From contig NW_021825673.1 of NCBI RefSeq assembly GCF_006345805.1, positions 1 to 14,824 of the forward strand: DNA of 14,824 nucleotides. The letters run 5' to 3'. Below, one piece after another: positions 8,363 to 14,824 of this stretch. The notes under the pieces were generated by a model. The model was not told the DNA's origin. It did no database searches and saw only the letters and a list, made by a program, of their open reading frames with translations. The translations under genes and the position numbers were made by a program. How positions within the stretch are numbered: position 1 is the first letter of the stretch; every line of letters starts with the position of its first letter. This stretch comes from Octopus sinensis (taxonomy: Eukaryota).

Positions 8363-9105
8363 GCGGCAATCTGGCAGAATCGTTAGCATGCCGAGCAAAA
8401 TGCTTAGCGGTATTTCGTCTGCCGTTACGTTCTGAGTTCAAATTCCGCAGAGGTCGACTTTGCCTTTCATCCTTTCGGGGTCGATAAATTAAATACTCGA
8501 CTTAATCCGTTTGTCTGTCCTTGTTTGTCCTCTCTATGTTTAGCTCCTTGTGGGTAGTAAAGAAATAGGTATTTCGTCTGCCGTTACGTTCTGAGTTCAA
8601 ATTCCGCCGAGGTCGACTTTGCCTTTCATCCTTTCGGGGTCGATAAATTAAGTACCAGTTACGCACTGGGGTCGATATAATCGACTTAATCCCTTTGTCT
8701 GTCCTTGTTTGTCCTCTCTATGTTTAGCTCCTTGTGGGTAGTAAAGAAATAGGTACTTTGTCTGCCGTTACGTTCTGAGTTCAAATTCCGCCGAGGTCGA
8801 CTTTGCCTTTCATCCTTTCGGGGTCGATAAATTAAGTACCAGTTACGTACTGGGGTCGATATAGTCGACTTAATCCGCTTGTCTGTCCTTGTTCGTCCTC
8901 TCTGTGTTTAGCCACTTGTGGGTAATAAAGAAATAGGTATTTCTTCCGACGTTAAAATCTGAGTTCCACTGCCTCCGAGGTTGACTTAACCTTTCTTCTC
9001 TTGAGGGTCGATAAAATAACTACCAGTTGAACGCTGGGAGCTGATGTAATCGACTTACCGCAATTCCCATCAGAATTGGCTGGGCTTGTGCCAAAATGTC
9101 AAACT
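8363..9105 (+). mobile_element. SINE family A tandem array: one head plus four body units (184-bp period)
   Basis: Units start at ggtatttc/ggtactt at 8409, 8568, 8752 and 8936. Unit 1 has a 25-bp deletion; unit 4 is diverged and carries tail type 2. Confidence 0.92.
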
Positions 9106-9415
9106 AATAATTAATGAATACGTTGCAAATTTTTAAAAAACATTTGTTTATTTAGCTAAATTTTTTTAAATTACCCTAGAAAGATGGAATATTAAATTTT
9201 AATCCTCGTGTCAGTTATTTGCAACGAGTCGTGACAACAAAACTGTAGCCAGAAACACGAGCTTTACATCCTGTTTGGCAGTTCTCTTGACCAACCAAAT
9301 GGCTAAGTCTGAAAGAAGATAAAGTTGAGTTGAAATATGGTACTTCTATAAGGTTGTTTATTTATGATTTCATACAATTATTCCTGTATTCTGCCACATC
9401 ATTGTATTTACACGA

Positions 9416-9815
9416 GTGGAGGCGCAATGGCCCAGTGGTTAGGGCAGCGGACTCGCGGTCATAGGATCGCGGTTTCGATTCCCAGACCGGGCGTTGTGTG
9501 TGTTTATTGAGCGAAAACACCTAAAAAGCTCCACGAGTCTCCACGAGGCTCCGGCAGGGGATGGTGGTGATCCCTGCTGTACTCTTTCACCACAACTTTC
9601 TCTCATTCTTACTTCCTGTTTCTGTTGTACCTGTATTTTCAAAGGGCCAACCTTGTCACTCTCTGTGTCACGCTGAATATCCCCGAGAACTACGTTAAGG
9701 GTACACGTGTCTGTGGAGTGCCCAGCCACTTACACGTTAATTTCACGAGCAGGCTGTTCCGTTGATTCGGATCAATGGGAACCCTCATCGTCGTAACCGA
9801 CGGAGTGCTTCCATC
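9416..9815 (+). mobile_element. SINE family C, full-length young copy
   Basis: 10-bp TSD atttacacga (9406-9415, 9816-9825); internal duplication ctccacgagt/ctccacgagg. Confidence 0.93.
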
Positions 9816-9899
9816 ATTTACACGAACTTTAAAACATCATTCAGTGAATGTATGATGAAGCAACCTAGATTTGTATGGGGGGTTTTTTTCTACTTGTAA

Positions 9900-9962
9900 T
9901 ATAGGGAGTCTTTTTATGTGAGTCTTATACACCGGCAGTCTTATACACCGGCAAATACAATT
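9900..9962. mobile_element. Possible Tc1/mariner (Tc2/pogo-like) terminal inverted repeat remnant with a 16-bp tandem duplication
   Basis: agtcttatacaccggc twice (9921-9952) then aaatacaatta, which resembles the ...cttatac..cggaaaatacgg-TA end of Tc2-type elements (recalled, not searched). Confidence 0.4.
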
Positions 9963-9985
9963 AAGTATCATTTTAAGATATTTTT

Positions 9986-10218
9986 AGTTCTTTACTGCCC
10001 ACAAGGGATTAAACATAGAGGGGACAAACAAGGACAGACAAAGGGATTAAGTCGATTACATCGACCCCAGTTCGTAACTGGTACTTGATTTATCGACCCT
10101 GAAAGGATGAAAGGCAAAGTCGACCTCGGCGGAATTTGAACTCAGAACATAAAGACAGACGAAATATCGCTAAGCATTTCGCCCGGCGTACTAACGGTTC
10201 TGCCAGCTCGCCGCCTTA
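9986..10218 (-). mobile_element. SINE family A, full-length (tail type 1)
   Basis: Reverse complement of 2812-3040, with intact head aaggcggcgagctggcagaaccgttag. Confidence 0.92.
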
Positions 10219-10233
10219 AAATGTATTTAGATA

Positions 10234-10450
10234 TTCTTTTCTACTCTAGGTGCAAGGCCCCAGATTTGGGGGGAGGAGGCCAGTCGGTTAGATCGAACCC
10301 AGTACGCAACTGGTACATAATTTATCGTCCCCGAAAGGATGAATGGCAAAGTCGACCTCGGCGGAATTTGAACTCAGAACATAAAGACAGACGAAATATC
10401 GCTAAGCACTTCGCCCGGCGTGCTAACGTCTCTGCCAGCTCACCACCTTA
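10234..10450 (-). mobile_element. SINE family A, full-length (tail type 2 variant)
   Basis: Same head and body as 9986-10218; tail ccttgcacctagagtagaaaagaat is shared with 12148-12170. Confidence 0.9.
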
Positions 10451-10684
10451 AAGATATTTTTGTAAAACAATTATTCCTTTGTGGCTTCCGAAGCGGTTGG
10501 ATTGGGGAGAAAGGAAGAAAATTCTCTTCAAATAGGAGACCTGGTCTGAATATTTGCAACGGTGTTATCTCCCCTTAAGGTATATTTTTTAAGGAGCCTT
10601 AAGTTAATTGAGTTAAACCGGTCGACGGTGAATTAAGTCTCCTACCCAAAAATCTAGAAAACAAAATGCCAGAAGAAACACTAC

Positions 10685-10870
10685 AAGTCATCTTATCCGC
10701 CACAATACCTCCCTGGGCCAGCACTTTATTTTCTCAATCAAAAAAGGATTAAATTCAAAATTGACTTTTATTGGAATTTCTTAAACAGAATGCAGGAAAC
10801 AGGAAGATATATAAGTTATTATAAGTTATTTTATCCCACACTCTAATAAAATTCTGAAATATCGCCATCT
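10685..10870 (-). mobile_element. Highly decayed SINE family A copy
   Basis: ccagcactttattttctcaatcaaaaaaggattaaattcaaaattgacttt...ggaattt...cagaat loosely parallels 10078-10148. Confidence 0.45.
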
Positions 10871-11054
10871 CGATCCAAGAGAATGTTGTTCTTGAGAGAA
10901 AGAATCAGTCATCGAGGTTGGAGATCATGGCCTCTACTGTACTTTACCTGGGTGTAAGATACAGCAGAGGTTACGAGAAGTTTGCAAACTGGCGTATCGG
11001 GTGGACATGAATAGAAGTGGTATTCAAACAGTTGGTTCACTGGAGCAGAAGCTA

Positions 11055-11055
<1 letters not shown>

Positions 11056-11132
<77 letters not shown>

Positions 11133-11139
11133 CAGCTGA

Positions 11140-11171
<32 letters not shown>

Positions 11172-11199
11172 CAGTAGTAGTAGTGACAGCAGCAGTAGC
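11056..11199. repeat. (TAG)n/(CAG)n compound trinucleotide repeat
   Basis: Directly visible. Confidence 0.95.
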
Positions 11200-11399
11200 C
11201 GTTCAAGAATTTGGACCTGGAGATCTCCATTTCCAGCGACTTCGAGGGTCACCTCCCAGTGGTGTCGGGCGTCAACAAAGAGCCCTCGACTACAACAAGA
11301 CGACCAAAGTTCTTTTTCTTGTTTTTTTTCCAAGGTCTGGGGTCTCCCGCCCCTAAACCCTAGATCACCACCTAATCACCCTTACCCGTCTTGTTGCTT

Positions 11400-11435
11400 A
11401 ACAACAACAACAACAACAACAACAGCAGCAGTAGC

Positions 11436-11491
<56 letters not shown>

Positions 11492-11529
11492 AAGAAGAAG
11501 AAGAAGAAGAAGAAGAAGAAGAAGAAGAA
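11400..11529. repeat. Compound trinucleotide repeat (AAC)n-(AGC)n-(AGT)n-(AGA)n
   Basis: Directly visible. Confidence 0.95.
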
Positions 11530-11963
11530 ACAGTATTATAGGCAGAATAAATGTCTCCGATGTGAGACCTGTATTGCTTCGTGGTTAGTATTTGAAATTC
11601 GTGGAGCCTATTTTGCTAATAAGGAAACTAAATTATTCCTTGGTTCAGAAGAGGGTCTTAACTACATTGTGTCTTATAATGGATTCTCCTGTCAACTTCG
11701 ACAGCCAATACCGTAGCTGTCAAACTACTCACACAGATCGTCTGTTTACAATGGCGAAGACTTGTGTAGAAGACTTGTGTAGAAGAAGCGATTTGCAACA
11801 AGTTTCTACTATCAGAAACTTGATGCAAATATTTGCCACAAACTCAATGAACAACATACTTTAGGTTATTAAATTAGAGTTGTCCCTTTCCTGGCTTAGT
11901 TCACTTCGCCACGGATTAGAGTCCAACCCGCTCTGGTAAGCTAAACGCACACCTGTGTACCAA

Positions 11964-12170
11964 AGCCCCTTGTGGGTAGAAAAGAAATAAGTATTTCCTC
12001 TGTCTTTATGTTCTGAGTTCAATTCCGCCGAGGTCGACATTGCCTTTCATCCTTTTAAGGTCGGTAAATTAAGCACCAGTTGCGTACTGGTGCCGAGCTA
12101 ATCGACTTCCCCCCACGCCCCACCTCCGCTCCAAAAAAATGTCGGACCTTGTGCCTAGAGTAGAAAAGAT
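11964..12170 (+). mobile_element. SINE family A, permuted copy (tail-1 end joined to headless body, then tail 2)
   Basis: agccccttgtgggtagaaaagaaataa|gtatttcctctgtctttatgttctgagttcaattccgccgaggtcgac..., the same junction as in the 8363-9105 array. Confidence 0.85.
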
Positions 12171-12260
12171 TCTTTTCCAATCGAGAAAGAGCCGGTTTCT
12201 AACCTAGATCCAAGGCTCCTTCATTGGAATTTCAACATCAACAACTGGGTATTTTTGTTT

Positions 12261-12397
12261 GTATGTATGTATGTATATATGTATGTATGTATGTATGGAT
12301 GTATGTATGTATGTATGTATGCATGCATGCATGCATGTATGTATGTATGTATGTTTGTATGTATGTATGTATGTATGTATGTTTGTATGTATGTATG

Positions 12398-12431
<34 letters not shown>

Positions 12432-12612
12432 TGTTTGTATGTATGTATGTATGTATGCATGCATGCATGTATGTATGTATGCATGCATGCATGTATGTAT
12501 GTATGTATGTATGTATGTATGATTGCATGTATGTATGTATGTATGATTGCATGTATGTATGTATGTATGTATGTATGTATGATTGCATGTATGTATGTAT
12601 GCATGTATGTAA
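12261..12612. repeat. (TATG)n microsatellite
   Basis: Directly visible. Confidence 0.95.
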
Positions 12613-12864
12613 TGTATATGCAGATTTGTATGTTTCATGTATGTATTCTCATGCTTATAATTACATATCTAGACATGTTCATATATATTTAAATGATAAA
12701 CTTCTGGAAAGTTTTACAGATTTTTACAGTTCCAGTGATGGATTGGATCTGTAATCTTGGACGGAGAGCCACAACGATATAAGTATATTCGTATTGGGTA
12801 TATATGCTTGTGAATTTGTGGTAAATGTGTGTGTTTGTGTAAATGATCTTGAAGTCAATAGGAA

Positions 12865-12914
12865 ATCATCGACATCATCATCATCACCATCACTATCATC
12901 ATCATCGTCGTCAT
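12865..12914. repeat. Imperfect (CAT)n repeat
   Basis: Directly visible; explains the poly-H and poly-D ORFs. Confidence 0.85.
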
Positions 12915-12992
12915 CTGTCAACTAACTGCAAAACATGTTTAACGGCCAATCGGAACGAACCCCACCAAACAACACCAAAAGAACGTATCTCC

Positions 12993-13084
12993 AAGAAGGA
13001 GAGAGAGAGAGAGAGAAGGAGAGACAGGGGGTGAGTAAGAGAGTGAGAGAGAGAGAGTGAGTGAGAGAGAGAGAGAGAGAGGGA

Positions 13085-13124
<40 letters not shown>

Positions 13125-13395
13125 AGGAAAGAAGGGGAAGGAAGAAGGAGGAAGAAGGAAGGAAGGAAGAAAGAAAGAAAGAAAGAAAGGAAGAAGGAAG
13201 GAAGGAAAGAAAGAAAGAAAGAAAGAAAGGAAGAAGGAAGGAAGGAAAGAAAGAAAGAAAGAAGGAAGGAAGGAAGGAAGGAAGGAAAGAAAGAAAGAAA
13301 GAAAGAGAAAGAGAAAAAGAAAGAAAGAACGAAAGAAAGAAAGAAAGAAAGAAAGAAAGAAAAAAGAAAGAAAGAAAGAAAGAAAGAGAAAATGA

Positions 13396-13427
<32 letters not shown>

Positions 13428-13431
13428 AAAG
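12993..13431. repeat. Polypurine (GA)n/(GAAA)n/(GGAA)n tract
   Basis: About 440 bp, almost entirely purine on the + strand. Confidence 0.95.
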
Positions 13432-13779
13432 GACAAGAAATTTGAGTTAGAATTAATAAACTAAGACATATTTCTGGAGGCTGGGGAAATGGCAAGAATA
13501 AGCTGAAGAGAATGGTTAATGTAAGGAGACGACGGCGATGATGAGGATGGTGGTAGTGGTGATGGTGGTGGTGGTGTTGAGTGAGTGACTGTGTGGACAG
13601 GGGACAGAAGGCGGGGTGGGGGAAATGGAAGCAGCGTAGACCACCAAAGATGTCTGGATTGTCCACAGTTTTGGCCTGAGGTCCAAAAGATATGAGTTTG
13701 GGAAGGCGACTGTTTTTAATGAAGTGAAATATTAAAATTTATTTATTCGCGCTGTATTCTGGCACCAATTCTTTACCAT

Positions 13780-14186
13780 GAGTGGCTGTGTGGTAAGTAG
13801 CTTGCTTACCAACCACATGGTTCCGGGTTCAGTCCCACTGCGTGGCACCTCGGGGCAAAGTGTCTTCTACTATAGCCTCGGGCCGACCAAAGACTTGTGA
13901 GTGGATTTGGTTGGCGGAAACTGAAAGAAGCACGTCGTGTGTGTGTGTCTGTCTGTCTGTCTTTCTGTGTTTGTCACACCACTACCACCACCACCACCAG
14001 CATCACTTGAAAACCGATGCTGGTGTGTTTATGTCTCGGTAACTTAGCGGTTCGGCAGAAGAGACCGATAGAATAAGTACAATGCTTACAAAGAATGAGT
14101 CCTGCAGTCGATCTGCTCGACTAAAGGTGGTGCTCCAGCATGGCCGCAGTCAAAATGACAAATAAATATAAGAATAAAAGAATAAA
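13780..14186 (+). mobile_element. SINE family B, near-full-length
   Basis: Collinear with 7287-7680, ending ggtgctccagcatggccgcagtcaaaatgac plus an A-rich tail; internal (CAC)n expansion. Confidence 0.9.
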
Positions 14187-14425
14187 TACATACAAGCTTG
14201 CATGCATCCATACATACATACATATATACATACATACATACATACATGCATACATACATACATGCATACATACATACATGCATACATACATACATACATA
14301 CATACATATACATACATACATACATACATACATGCATCATACATACATACATACATACATACAAACATACATACATACATACATGCAATCATACATACAT
14401 ACATACATACATACATACATGCATG

Positions 14426-14457
<32 letters not shown>

Positions 14458-14742
14458 CATACATACATACATACATGCATACATACATACATACATACAT
14501 ACATACATACATACATACATGCATGCATACATACATACATACATACATACATACATACATACATACATACATACATACATAATACAAACATACATACATA
14601 CATACATGCAACATCACATACATACATACATACATACAATGCAACTACATACATACATACATGCATACATACATACATACATACGTATACATACGCGTAC
14701 ATGAATACATACATACATGCAGGCTTGCATACATGCATACAT
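14187..14742. repeat. (CATA)n microsatellite
   Basis: Directly visible, decaying toward the right. Confidence 0.95.
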
Positions 14743-14744
14743 AA

Positions 14745-14824
14745 TAAAAATGAAATAAATGCGCCCTTTTAAAGCCTAGCCAGGCTCATGGGCCCGGTTT
14801 CCCGGTTTCAATGGCGTATGTGTT
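14745..14824 (-). mobile_element. Probable 3' tail of an RTE-type LINE or RTE-tailed SINE (cut by the window edge)
   Basis: The minus strand gaaaccgggaaaccgggcccatgagcctggctaggc resembles the RTE 3'-end motif gaaaccggagataagctccggcctgatgggccacttggc (recalled, not searched). Confidence 0.45.

Noticed and set aside
8409-9105. CRISPR-like array
   Set aside because: The units are contiguous 184-bp SINE bodies without unique spacers, the context is eukaryotic and there are no cas genes.
9416-9495. tRNA gene
   Set aside because: Box A/B-like sequences are present, but they are the head of a TSD-flanked SINE and no complete acceptor stem is evident. The same applies to the family A and B heads.
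11024-11588. Poly-L, poly-Y/C and poly-N/S/R ORFs
   Set aside because: Trinucleotide repeat translations with no recognisable domain.
11756-11787. 13-bp tandem duplication gaagacttgtgta
   Set aside because: Real but ordinary local slippage; ORF 11592-11864 spanning it has no recognisable homology.
12204-14772. Many overlapping MYVC/HTYI and SFFL/KKER ORFs
   Set aside because: (CATA)n and (GAAA)n artefacts, open in most frames on both strands.

Overview
AT-rich, repeat-dense eukaryotic non-coding DNA. The SINE repertoire and the abundance of (CATA)n/(TA)n/(TG)n tracts resemble an Octopus (coleoid cephalopod) genome; this is an inference. No intact protein-coding gene is supported, and nearly all ORFs in the track are microsatellite or SINE artefacts. 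Recognisable content: (i) a decayed restriction-like-endonuclease (R4/Dong-type) non-LTR retrotransposon fragment at ~4135-5780, bracketed by (CATA)n and interrupted by a SINE with a 16-bp TSD; (ii) about 18 copies or fragments of three tRNA-headed SINE families, labelled A, B and C here, including a 184-bp tandem array, a possible dimer and chimeras; (iii) many microsatellites; (iv) short degenerate minimal hammerhead-ribozyme-like motifs of the Penelope-associated type (73-118, an inverted pair at 3149-3257, a weak one at ~12184-12235); (v) a CpG-rich promoter/exon-like patch at ~6190-6392. Coordinates were counted by eye and may be off by a few bases.
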